Positions 13,604 to 22,269 of a stretch of DNA of 40,671 nucleotides are shown here, in pieces. The stretch is from Candidatus Eiseniibacteriota bacterium. Lineage in GTDB: Bacteria > Eisenbacteria > RBG-16-71-46 > JABDJR01 > JAWXBZ01. The notes under the pieces were generated by a model that saw only the letters and a list, made by a program, of their open reading frames with translations, was not told where the DNA came from and searched no databases. Numbering within the stretch: the first letter of the stretch is position 1; each line of letters begins with the position of its first letter. The stretch is taken from positions 1 through 40,671 of the forward strand of contig JAWXBZ010000125.1 in the NCBI GenBank assembly GCA_034440375.1, read 5' to 3'. The translations under genes and the position numbers were made by a program.

Positions 13604-14989
13604 CTACCAGTTAATTCGGCCGACGGCCTCGTCAAGCTGGGCCTCGGCGCGCTTCAGTGCGGCCATGGCCGTCACCTCGCCCGTCCGGGCCCGTGAAACA
13701 TTCACCTGGGCGTCGATGAGTTCGAGAATGGTGCCGAGTCCGACCGAATAGCGCTCCTGGGAAAGATTCAAGTCCTCCTCGGCGGAAGTACGGCCTTCGC
13801 GGGCCACCAGGATCTGGGCCCGTGCGTTCCGGATGGCCACGAGGGCCTCCTTTGTTTCAACCAGGGCGGTGTTTTCCAGCTCGAGAAGCTGGTGTTCCTG
13901 GAGGAGCTTGTTGTACTTGGCCCGCTGCATGTTGCTCTCGGTAACGAGGCCGTCGAGGATGTTCCAGCTGACGCCGATCTGGTACGACCAGGATTTGGTG
14001 TTGGTCCGGACGAAGGTGGTGTCGATGCCGAACTCGTTGTTGAAGATGCGGCCATCACCGCGACTGTCCGTGTTGCCCTTGCGAAAGCTGTGGGACAGGA
14101 ACGGAATCTTGCCGCCAAGGGCCGCTTTCTGATCGGCGCGGGCGGCCGACAGCCGCTTCCGGGCCGCCCTCAGGTCCGGGCGCTCCGCCAGGGCGGCCGT
14201 GAAGGCGGTCACCGAATCGGGATTGCCGTCCCGGGGCTCGAGGCTCTCGATGACCTGGACCGTGACGTCGGGAGGGAGGGCCAGCGCCTGGTTGAGTCGT
14301 GCTCTTTCGATCTCGATGCGATTGGTGGCGGCCGTCAGCGTCGACTGGGCTTCCGACACGCGCACGTTCGACTTGAGCACATCGGTGCGGGCCACCGAGC
14401 CGACTTCGAAAAGGCTCTGTGTCCGCCGGAGCTCCTCGCCGGCCAGGCGGACGTCCTCGCGGGCCACCTCATCCAGCTTGATCGACTCGATGACGTTGTA
14501 ATACTGCTGCCGGACGATTCGGGCCGCTGTCAACTCGGCGCTCCGTACTTCCGCCTCGGCGGCTCCGGAATTCCTGCCGGCCGAGATGATGTTGTAGATG
14601 ACCGGAAGTGACAGCAGCGTCTGAGACGCGATGATCGACCAACCGTTCTGGTCGTCGATGTTGCGAAACGGCGCCTGGAAAACGCTGGTCGGCCTCGACT
14701 CGGAGAGTGAGTTGGAATGGACGTAGTCGTATCCAAGATTTACCGACGGCACGAATCCACCCCAGGCCCGCAGCTTGTTCGAGTCCTCGATCCCCTTCAA
14801 GTCGGCGGCCTGACGAATGCCGTAATTCCGTTCCAGCGCCAGGCGAACGCATTCGTCGGCGGTCAGGGGCCCCTCGAGGGTCACCTCGGGACGCGTGTCA
14901 TCGTCCGCACGGGCGGGCGAGCCGGAAAGCCAAAGGCTGATCAGGCAGATGGCGAACGCGGCCATGCCGGCCGGTCGTCTGGAAATCAT
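13604..14989 (-). CDS. TolC-family outer-membrane efflux protein
   Basis: Signal peptide; LTADECVRLALERN, FEVGSVARTDVL, RPDLRAA, QERYSVGLGTILELIDAQ; first gene of the efflux operon. Confidence 0.92.
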   Translation of the reverse strand: MISRRPAGMAAFAICLISLWLSGSPARADDDTRPEVTLEGPLTADECVRLALERNYGIRQAADLKGIEDSNKLRAWGGFVPSVNLGYDYVHSNSLSESRPTSVFQAPFRNIDDQNGWSIIASQTLLSLPVIYNIISAGRNSGAAEAEVRSAELTAARIVRQQYYNVIESIKLDEVAREDVRLAGEELRRTQSLFEVGSVARTDVLKSNVRVSEAQSTLTAATNRIEIERARLNQALALPPDVTVQVIESLEPRDGNPDSVTAFTAALAERPDLRAARKRLSAARADQKAALGGKIPFLSHSFRKGNTDSRGDGRIFNNEFGIDTTFVRTNTKSWSYQIGVSWNILDGLVTESNMQRAKYNKLLQEHQLLELENTALVETKEALVAIRNARAQILVAREGRTSAEEDLNLSQERYSVGLGTILELIDAQVNVSRARTGEVTAMAALKRAEAQLDEAVGRINW

Positions 14990-15101
14990 GTGTCCCCCTT
15001 GATGAGGCAGGCGACCCGAGCTGGCGGGCCGTCACAGGTTCGGGGCGAAATCGACCGGGCGCCGGCCCAGCGGCCGTCCTTCCGATCGATTTCCCACCGG
15101 G

Positions 15102-15128
15102 TTACGGAATTGCTTGGAACGGGTTGCA
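15102..15128 (-). promoter_or_regulatory. Putative ECF-sigma promoter of the tolC-macAB-like operon
   Basis: Minus strand TGCAAC-N16-CGTAA, starting right at the end of the upstream terminator. Confidence 0.5.
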
Positions 15129-15166
15129 AAAAAACATCCCACCGATCAATCGGACCGGCGGGATGT
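15128..15166 (-). terminator. Intrinsic terminator downstream of exbB/tolQ
   Basis: ACATCCCGCCGGTC-cgatt-GATCGGTGGGATGT (14-bp stem with two G-U pairs) ending in a T7 run. Confidence 0.85.
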
Positions 15167-15262
15167 CGGACTTTGAGTTGGCCCCGCGACGGAATTCGAT
15201 GGCAGTACATCTCTCCGGGGTTCGGACGGGGATCGGGCACCGATCGATTCAACCCGATTGTC

Positions 15263-16090
15263 TCAGGCGGTGCGTTCCTTCAGCCTTGGACCTGCGGCAT
15301 GAACGGCATCGACCAGCTCATCGCCGGCCTCTTCCATCTGGACGGTCAGGCGGTCGATGCGGGCGGTTATCAGGTTGATGAAGATGTTTGCGACGATGGC
15401 CACCGCGATGCCGGCGGTCGTCGTGATCACCGCCTCGGAAATGCCACCGACCGCCTGGGATGCGTTGACCCGGCCGGTACCGACCGCCGCATCGAAGGCG
15501 TGGAGCATTCCCATCACCGTTCCGATGAATCCGAGCAGGGGCGCTGACTGGCCGACGAAGCTCAGGATGCCGAGCCCGCGGCGCATGCCGACAATCTGGG
15601 CCAACGTCGCCGTTTCAACGGCCTTCTCGACCCCTTCGGCGCCGCGGCTGATTCGCTGCAGTCCGTACATGACGATCTGTCCAATCGGCCCCTTGTTGCG
15701 GGAGGCGATTTCCATGGCCGCGTTGGGTCCCTTGTCGTTGAGCGCCCGGACCAGATCGCCCATGAAACGGGAAACGTCCACGCGCCCCTTCATCAACGAG
15801 AAAAATCGTTCGAGACTCACAAGCAGTGTGACGATGGCCATCACCACCAGGACCCAGAAAATCGTCCCGCCGAACTGGGCGGCGACGCTGAAAAACGAAC
15901 CTTCGGGGCGGACCGGCGGCGGAACGGGTTCGTCCGGCACCGAAGTGGGAAGATCGCTCTGGAACTGCTGGCCCGCCTTCGTACCCGACCCTGTCCCCTC
16001 CTGCGCCTGGGCCAGATCACCGGCAATGGTCGCCATGACGCAAAGAAGGGCGACCAGAAGCAGCGTCTTGAAAGACCTCCACTGAACCAT
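15263..16090 (-). CDS. MotA/TolQ/ExbB proton-channel family protein
   Basis: APLLGFIGTVMGMLHAF and GISEAVITTTAGIAVAI TM motifs; ATG at 16090 preceded by AAAGGAG; N-terminal signal-like segment. Confidence 0.92.
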   Translation of the reverse strand: MVQWRSFKTLLLVALLCVMATIAGDLAQAQEGTGSGTKAGQQFQSDLPTSVPDEPVPPPVRPEGSFFSVAAQFGGTIFWVLVVMAIVTLLVSLERFFSLMKGRVDVSRFMGDLVRALNDKGPNAAMEIASRNKGPIGQIVMYGLQRISRGAEGVEKAVETATLAQIVGMRRGLGILSFVGQSAPLLGFIGTVMGMLHAFDAAVGTGRVNASQAVGGISEAVITTTAGIAVAIVANIFINLITARIDRLTVQMEEAGDELVDAVHAAGPRLKERTA

Positions 16091-16177
16091 GAACGGAATC
16101 TCCTTTGCGGTATGACGGAGTCGGTCGCAAGCGTGTACGAAACAGGCGGTCCGAGGGGAATCGACGACCGCCGGGGC

Positions 16178-16206
16178 ATGGTAATGACCCCCCCGGTGGC
16201 TGTCAA
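16178..16206 (-). promoter_or_regulatory. Sigma70 promoter of exbB/tolQ
   Basis: TTGACA-N17-TACCAT; the spacer contains a G7 run. Confidence 0.7.
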
Positions 16207-16257
16207 CGTCCATAGCGGAGCGGGATGGTGACAATACGATGGAGCCCGCCACGGGGC

Positions 16258-17553
16258 TCACGGGGACAACCGGGAGAGCATCCGGGGGAACGGGATCGTC
16301 TCCCGGACATGGGGAAGCCCGCAGATCCAGGCCAGCGTCCGCTCCACCCCCAGGCCGAAGCCCGAATGGGGCACGCTGCCATACCGGCGCAGGTCGAGGT
16401 ACCAGCTGAAGGCCGATTCCGGCAGGCCATGCTCCCGAATCTTGTCGAGCAGGATGTCCAGGGAATCCTCCCGCTCCCCGCCACCGACGATCTCGCCGTA
16501 CCCCTCGGGTGCCAGCAGGTCGCAGGACAGGGAAAGTGCCGGGTTTAGCGGATCACCTTTCATGTAAAAGGCCTTGATGGCCGCCGGAAAGCGATGGACG
16601 AAAATCGGCTTCTCCTGAGATTCCGTCAGAATCGTCTCGTCCGTTCCTCCGAAATCGCCTCCATACTGAAAGTCGGCCCCGGCCGCCAACAGCGACGCCG
16701 CCGCCTCATCGTAATGGACCCGCGGAAACGGGGGCACAGCCTTTTCGAGCAGCGTCGTATCGCGCTCGAGACGCTTGAGCTCCTCTTTGCGCCTGTCGAG
16801 CACGCGGCCGACCAGGGCGGAGACGAATTCCTCGATCAGGCGCATGTTGTCATCGAGGTCGGCCCAGGCAACCTCCGGCTCGACCATCCAGAACTCAGTG
16901 AGATGGCGGCGAGTCTTCGATTTTTCTGCCCGAAAGGTCGGGCCAAAACAGTAGGCGCGGCCGAAAGCCATCGCGCCGGCCTCCATGTAGAGCTGGCCAC
17001 TCTGGGTCAGGTAGGCCTTCTCGTCGAAATAGTCGGTCTCGAAGAGATTGGACGTTCCCTCGCAGGCATTGGGCGTGAAGATCGGCGCATCAACGAGCGT
17101 GAAGCCGTGACCATTGAGAAAATCACGAATGCCGGACACCAGCTCGTGCCGGACGCGGAGAATGGCGTGCTGGCGGCTGGACCGAAGCCAGAGGTGGCGG
17201 TGGTCCATGAGGAAGTCGGTCCCATGCTCCTTCGGCGTTATCGGATAGTCGACCGCCAGGGAAACGATGCGGACTTCGGAGACGGTCAATTCAAAGCCGC
17301 CCGGGGCCCGCTCATCGGCCCGGACGCTGCCCGTCATGACGAGGGCGGCCTCCTGGGTGGCCGCCTCGCAGGCCTGCCAGGTGGCGTCATCGACATCCTT
17401 CCTGGAAACGACGCCCTGCACCGTGCCGGTGCCGTCGCGAACGAGAAGAAAGTAGAGCTTTCCGCTGTGGCGACTGTTGTAAAGCCAGCCCCGCAGCGTG
17501 ACCGTCTCCCCGACATGACGTCCGAGGTCTTCGATATAGGTGCCGCCAGCCAC
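16258..17553 (-). CDS. asnS: Asparagine--tRNA ligase
   Basis: OB fold ([13 protein letters not shown]); [58 protein letters not shown]. Confidence 0.98.
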   Translation of the reverse strand: MAGGTYIEDLGRHVGETVTLRGWLYNSRHSGKLYFLLVRDGTGTVQGVVSRKDVDDATWQACEAATQEAALVMTGSVRADERAPGGFELTVSEVRIVSLAVDYPITPKEHGTDFLMDHRHLWLRSSRQHAILRVRHELVSGIRDFLNGHGFTLVDAPIFTPNACEGTSNLFETDYFDEKAYLTQSGQLYMEAGAMAFGRAYCFGPTFRAEKSKTRRHLTEFWMVEPEVAWADLDDNMRLIEEFVSALVGRVLDRRKEELKRLERDTTLLEKAVPPFPRVHYDEAAASLLAAGADFQYGGDFGGTDETILTESQEKPIFVHRFPAAIKAFYMKGDPLNPALSLSCDLLAPEGYGEIVGGGEREDSLDILLDKIREHGLPESAFSWYLDLRRYGSVPHSGFGLGVERTLAWICGLPHVRETIPFPRMLSRLSP

Positions 17554-17648
17554 GCCCCCCCCTAACTGTTTCTTCAGGACGGGTCTCCACGTGCCGATAC
17601 CCGCAACGAATGGTGGAAACAGCCCAAGTAATCCAACAGAGAACCGGC

Positions 17649-17678
17649 ACTATAGCGGCCGCCCCGATCCGGTGTCAA
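17649..17678 (-). promoter_or_regulatory. Sigma70 promoter of asnS
   Basis: TTGACA-N18-TATAGT. Confidence 0.7.
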
Positions 17679-17704
17679 TTTCGCCTCCAGGGAGGTTAAA
17701 TAGA

Positions 17705-19648
17705 ATGATTTCATTGAGTTACCCTCATCGCTTGAAGTCTGACTTGAAGAGGGTGGCGATGCTCTTCCTCCTCGGGGCTGTCTTCGTGTGGCAATCGCTC
17801 CCGGCCCTGGCGGATACGACGTCGAGTCGTTCCGGCGAAAATGTGACAACCGGGGCGGTGGATTTTGACAGGGGTGAAGAGGACGCGGCCGCCACCTTGG
17901 ATGCCATCGTCAGCCTTAACCAGGAGGGGGCCCAAACCCGTGTGGTCGAGGCTCAGACGGCTCATCGGGGCGGTCAGGAATCCGTCCGAAGCGGTCAGCC
18001 GGAAGCGGCAAGACGCCATTTCGCCGAGGCGGCCAGACTCGACCCGACCTTTCCCGATCCCTGGTTCGCGGCCGCCGCCACCTGGCTCCCCTTCCGTCCC
18101 GACATGGCCATGGGTTCGGTCATCGACGGCATCAAAGCCGCCATGCGATCGTTTCGCGGCCAGCATCGACTTGTCCTCAACGTTTCGCTCCTGCTGATCG
18201 CCATCGTCACCTTCAGTCTCCTTGGCACCACGCTGCTCATCACCCTTCGGGAACTGCGTCACTTTCAGCATCCGATCTTTGAATTGCTGAGGCGCCGGTT
18301 GCCGGTGCTGGCAGCCGCGACGGCCGGCTGGATTCTCGTCCTCCAACCAGTACTCTGGGGCCTCGGCGCCTTCCTGACACTGACTCTCCTCGCGGGCCTG
18401 CTCTGGTTCTACGTGGGTGTCGGGGAGCGAAAGGTGCTGGCGGCGTTCGCGGCATTGACCCTGCTGGTGCCGGGAGCGTTTCATGGACTGTCGCGCCTCT
18501 CGGCCCCGCTCAATCCGGAGTCGATTCCGTATCTTCTATCGGCGGCCAGCGAAACTCCGGACCAGCCCGGCCTGGCCGACGCTCTGCAGGCCGCCATGCG
18601 CGCCGACCCGACGGCCCCGAGCCCTCATATGGCCCTCGGTCTGACCTTCGAGCGGACCGGCCGGCTTGGCGACGCGGAACAGGAGTATCGACTCGCGCTG
18701 GAACGCAACGGCGACGAGGGGCGCCTGTATAACAATCTTGGAAACATCCTGGCCCGCACCGGTCGGCTCGACCCGGCGCTTGGCCTCTACCAGAAGGCCA
18801 TTGCCGCCGCGCCCGGACTCGCCGCGCCCCATTTCAATCTGAGCCGGATGTATGCCCGACGCTTGCAGTTTGACCTTGCCGACCAGGAAATGAAGAAAGC
18901 CAGCCAGCTCGACTTCGAAGGTGTCCGGGCTCAGACCGCGGCACTGGGTGAACAGAAATTCGGACTTCTCTCCCTCGGCCTCGCGCCAGGAGAGCTCTGG
19001 TCGGCCACGCTGTCCTCTCCAGCGGCCTTTCCGCTCGGCCTCCCGCGCTCAATGGGATGGCTATACGGCGGCTCGATGGCACTCCTCCCCGTCTTCGGCG
19101 TGGCCCTCCTGGCACTTGGGCTGGCAGTTGGCCGGGCGCTCTTCCGCTTCCTGCCCACGTACAGCTGCACGAACTGCGATAGCGTCGTCTGCCGAAAATG
19201 TCTCCGTCGGATACGGCGACGCGCCTACTGCGAGCCGTGCGGCGACACGATTCTCTCGATGCAGACGTCGGAATTCACGCGGATGCTGCTCGAAAAGCGG
19301 CTGCACCAGGAACACTGGAGCCGCCGAATCGCAACCGTGGCACTCCTCGTCGTCGTCCCCGGCTGGGAAGCGGTGCGGCGAGGCCGGCCGTTGATCGGTC
19401 TCACGGTAATGTCGGCCTTTGTCCTCTTGCTCCTCCCCATCACCCTGGGCGGTGGCGTCATCGGGCCGGTGCCGAGTCTTGGCACCCTTGGCCATGGCCC
19501 GCCATGGTCAATCCTGTTACCGGGTCTCATCGTGCTGTACGTCATCTCCGCGTTGTTGCTCAAGCTGCTTCCTGAACCCGAATCCGCCCTCATCGGCCAG
19601 GAGATCAGCGGGACTCCGTCCCATGATCGTCTGGACCGGGCGGCATAG
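17705..19648 (+). CDS. Multi-pass membrane protein with TPR repeats and Cys-rich zinc-binding segment
   Basis: GGAGG 9 nt before ATG 17705; TPRs (HMALGLTFERTGR, YNNLGNILARTGR, HFNLSRMY); CTNCDSVVCRKC...YCEPC; several TM helices. Confidence 0.8.
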   Translation: MISLSYPHRLKSDLKRVAMLFLLGAVFVWQSLPALADTTSSRSGENVTTGAVDFDRGEEDAAATLDAIVSLNQEGAQTRVVEAQTAHRGGQESVRSGQPEAARRHFAEAARLDPTFPDPWFAAAATWLPFRPDMAMGSVIDGIKAAMRSFRGQHRLVLNVSLLLIAIVTFSLLGTTLLITLRELRHFQHPIFELLRRRLPVLAAATAGWILVLQPVLWGLGAFLTLTLLAGLLWFYVGVGERKVLAAFAALTLLVPGAFHGLSRLSAPLNPESIPYLLSAASETPDQPGLADALQAAMRADPTAPSPHMALGLTFERTGRLGDAEQEYRLALERNGDEGRLYNNLGNILARTGRLDPALGLYQKAIAAAPGLAAPHFNLSRMYARRLQFDLADQEMKKASQLDFEGVRAQTAALGEQKFGLLSLGLAPGELWSATLSSPAAFPLGLPRSMGWLYGGSMALLPVFGVALLALGLAVGRALFRFLPTYSCTNCDSVVCRKCLRRIRRRAYCEPCGDTILSMQTSEFTRMLLEKRLHQEHWSRRIATVALLVVVPGWEAVRRGRPLIGLTVMSAFVLLLLPITLGGGVIGPVPSLGTLGHGPPWSILLPGLIVLYVISALLLKLLPEPESALIGQEISGTPSHDRLDRAA

Positions 19649-19658
19649 GCGGGGAACG

Positions 19659-20684
19659 ATGGGTCTCTCGGGCAACCTTCAATCCTTCGGCGTCCCCGAA
19701 ATTTTGCAACTGCTGGCGCTGCAGCGAAAATCCGGCATTCTCCGCTTCGATTTCCAGAACGGTGAGCGTCAGGTTCTCTTCATCGAACGCGGCGCCATCG
19801 TCGGCACGCGTGATCGGCGGACGCTCGGGGATGACCCGTTCCTGAACTTCCTGCGCGGTGCCGGATTCCTTTCGGACGACCAGATCGCCGCCGTTCTCCG
19901 GGTCCAGTCCGAAACCAGTCGCGATCCCCTCTACATTCTCCTGTCGGCGGGAATGATCGGCCGTGATCGGCTGATCGAAGCATTGACGCAACACACACAA
20001 CAGATCATCGATCGTTTGCTGACCTGGACCGAGGGCACGTACGAATTTTCGGGAGACGAACGCTCCATCCCCAAGATGGGTTTGAAACTTCCCCTCTCCA
20101 TCGAGGAAATGTTGATGGAAGGAATGCGGCGCATGGACGAGCTGGCCACGATCAAGCAGGCCGTCCTCGCGCCGGATCTCTACCTGCTTCAGTCGCCGGA
20201 AACGATCGACCGCGGCAGTCTCTCGCGCGAACTCCTCGTCGTATGCGACATGGTTCAGCGATCAATCACGGTTGAGGGGGTCGTGGCGACCTCGCCGCTC
20301 GGCGAATACTCAACCTATGAAGCCATTTCCGCGTTGCTGGAGGCCGGCGTCCTGATCGTTGACCCCTGCCCACCGCTGGCCCCGATCGACTTAGGGCCCG
20401 CGCCGCTCGAGCTGGTGGTACCGGTCCTTCGAAAGCCGGTGATGTCGACCTGGGCCGGTGTCCTGGTCCTGTCGGCAGCCTCCATCTGCCTGGGCCTCGC
20501 ACTCGGGCCGACCCTTCGTGGGCAGGCTCGCGGGCTCGTACCGCCCGAGGTGGCGCAAGCGCGGCACCGGATGGATCGAGCCCTGGCCTTTGAGGTGTAC
20601 CAATCCATGCGTGGCGAGTCGGCGACGCCCGGCCGGCTGGTCGACGAACGATTCCTCAACCCACCTCCAAGGTCGAGGCGCTAG
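19659..20684 (+). CDS. DUF4388 (PATAN-like) domain protein with C-terminal TM helix
   Basis: MGLSGNLQSFGVPEILQLLALQRKSGIL...FIERGAIV; LLTWTEGTYEF; EEMLMEGMRRMDE. Confidence 0.88.
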   Translation: MGLSGNLQSFGVPEILQLLALQRKSGILRFDFQNGERQVLFIERGAIVGTRDRRTLGDDPFLNFLRGAGFLSDDQIAAVLRVQSETSRDPLYILLSAGMIGRDRLIEALTQHTQQIIDRLLTWTEGTYEFSGDERSIPKMGLKLPLSIEEMLMEGMRRMDELATIKQAVLAPDLYLLQSPETIDRGSLSRELLVVCDMVQRSITVEGVVATSPLGEYSTYEAISALLEAGVLIVDPCPPLAPIDLGPAPLELVVPVLRKPVMSTWAGVLVLSAASICLGLALGPTLRGQARGLVPPEVAQARHRMDRALAFEVYQSMRGESATPGRLVDERFLNPPPRSRR

Positions 20685-21253
20685 GCTCCCGGCCGTTCGC
20701 GGGCGGCCAGGATCCGGTTCACCACCGATGCCAGTGTACTGCCGGTAACATCGGCACTCCGGCCGGCGCGTGTTCGTCGCGTGGCTCGACCGTAGCCCGT
20801 CAGGACCAGCGCCGCCTTCGTACCCGCCGCGCGGGCCACCCCGAGATCCGACTGGTTGTCGCCGATCATCCACGATTGATCGAGGTTGATACCGAGTCGG
20901 CGAGCCGCCCGCGTCAACATTCCCGGCGCGGGTTTTCGACAGGAACAGGGGCCGGTCACCGACGGCAGGTGCGGACAGACCTCGATCGCATCAAGCCGGA
21001 CGCCGTGCCGGGCCAGCTGTCTCTCCATTTCCCGATGGACCCCGTCGACATCCGGCCTCGTAAAGAGGCCGCGGGCAATACCCGACTGATTGGTCACGAC
21101 GACAAGCCGCGCACCGGCCGCGCGAAGCCTGGCCAGTGCCGGCCCGGCGCCTTGATACAGGCGAGCCCTCCCCGGATCGGCAAGATACGGCACCAGTCGC
21201 AGCAACGTGCCGTCCCGGTCGATGAAAACGCCCCACCGCTGGCGTTGCATCAT
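20681..21253 (-). CDS. gmhB: D-glycero-D-manno-heptose 1,7-bisphosphate phosphatase (HAD IIIA)
   Basis: FIDRDGTL, VTNQSGIARG, CPH...CSCRKPAPGM, MIGDNQSD; adjacent to a heptosyltransferase. Confidence 0.92.
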   Translation of the reverse strand: MMQRQRWGVFIDRDGTLLRLVPYLADPGRARLYQGAGPALARLRAAGARLVVVTNQSGIARGLFTRPDVDGVHREMERQLARHGVRLDAIEVCPHLPSVTGPCSCRKPAPGMLTRAARRLGINLDQSWMIGDNQSDLGVARAAGTKAALVLTGYGRATRRTRAGRSADVTGSTLASVVNRILAARERPGA

Positions 21254-22269
21254 GCGGTCACCGCACGGCGTTCAAGCTGACGCTCCACCGCATCCACAAC
21301 CGCAGCGGGTTCGACGGCCGTCAAGCAGGCATAGCGCCCCGAAGCCAGCGGACAGCGGCGGCGAAAACAGGGACGGCATGTCACCCCCGCGGCGACAGAC
21401 TCGCCCTCCAGGGAGGATGGCCCTGTCCACTCAGGGCTCGTTGACGTGAACAGGCCGATGACACTGGTTCCGGCCACCCGGCCAAGATGTAACGCACCGG
21501 TGTCGTTGGCCACCAGCGAGCCAGCCAGCGCGAGCAGCGCGACGACTTCGGGAAGCGCGGGTCGATCGAAGAGGTACACATCGCTTCCGATCGCGGCCGC
21601 CACCTCACTGAGAATTTCCTGTTCCGCCGGCGCCCCGATCAGGACCGTCGGCCAGTGGCGGCACTGATGCATGGCTCTCGCCACGCTCGCGAATCGTCCG
21701 GGCGGCCAGAGCTTGGCGGGGCCGTACGCGGCGCCAGGGGCAATTGCCAGGAATCGCCCCGGCTTAAGTCCCCGCGACTTGAGCCACGCGGTAGCCGCCT
21801 GCCGTGATGCCTCATCCGGTGCGAGTGCCAGCGGGGGATCCGGCCCGTCGTAGCCCATGGCCCGAACGATATCGACATACTGGCTGACCTGCGAACGAAT
21901 CCGATCGCCCGACGGGAGCGGCGTCGACAAGAGCCAGTCACGACCCTGGCCACGGCGCCCGACGCGTTCCCGCACGCCCCCAAGGGAGAACAACAGCGCT
22001 GACGAGAAGGAGGGTGTGAGCAGAAATCCCAGGTCGTACGCACCGGCGCGCAGGCTCTGGATCAATTCCGGCCAGCCAGTTCCGCCGCGGACGGGCACCG
22101 TCCGGCAGTGGCCGATCCCGGGCGCAAAGGCCGCCAGCGAGGCCACCCGCGGATGCGACATCAAATCGATGCGGGCCGAGGGCCAGTGACGCTGGATCGC
22201 CGCCAGTGCGGGCAGGCTCATGGCGGCGTCGCCAACCCAGTTCGGCAGGCGCACCAGGATGGCCGTCAT
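21250..22269 (-). CDS. waaF: LPS heptosyltransferase II (GT9)
   Basis: ILVRLPNWVGDAAMSLP; APGAAYGPAKLWP; ANDTGALH; CRPCFRRRCP. Confidence 0.88.
   Translation of the reverse strand: MTAILVRLPNWVGDAAMSLPALAAIQRHWPSARIDLMSHPRVASLAAFAPGIGHCRTVPVRGGTGWPELIQSLRAGAYDLGFLLTPSFSSALLFSLGGVRERVGRRGQGRDWLLSTPLPSGDRIRSQVSQYVDIVRAMGYDGPDPPLALAPDEASRQAATAWLKSRGLKPGRFLAIAPGAAYGPAKLWPPGRFASVARAMHQCRHWPTVLIGAPAEQEILSEVAAAIGSDVYLFDRPALPEVVALLALAGSLVANDTGALHLGRVAGTSVIGLFTSTSPEWTGPSSLEGESVAAGVTCRPCFRRRCPLASGRYACLTAVEPAAVVDAVERQLERRAVTA

Noticed and set aside
16091-16261. N-terminal extension of exbB given in the ORF track (similar extensions at 17540, 19419, 27671, 27720, 32952, 38222, 39666, 40391)
   Set aside because: These overlap promoters or neighbouring genes; downstream starts with an RBS, -10 element or translational coupling fit better.
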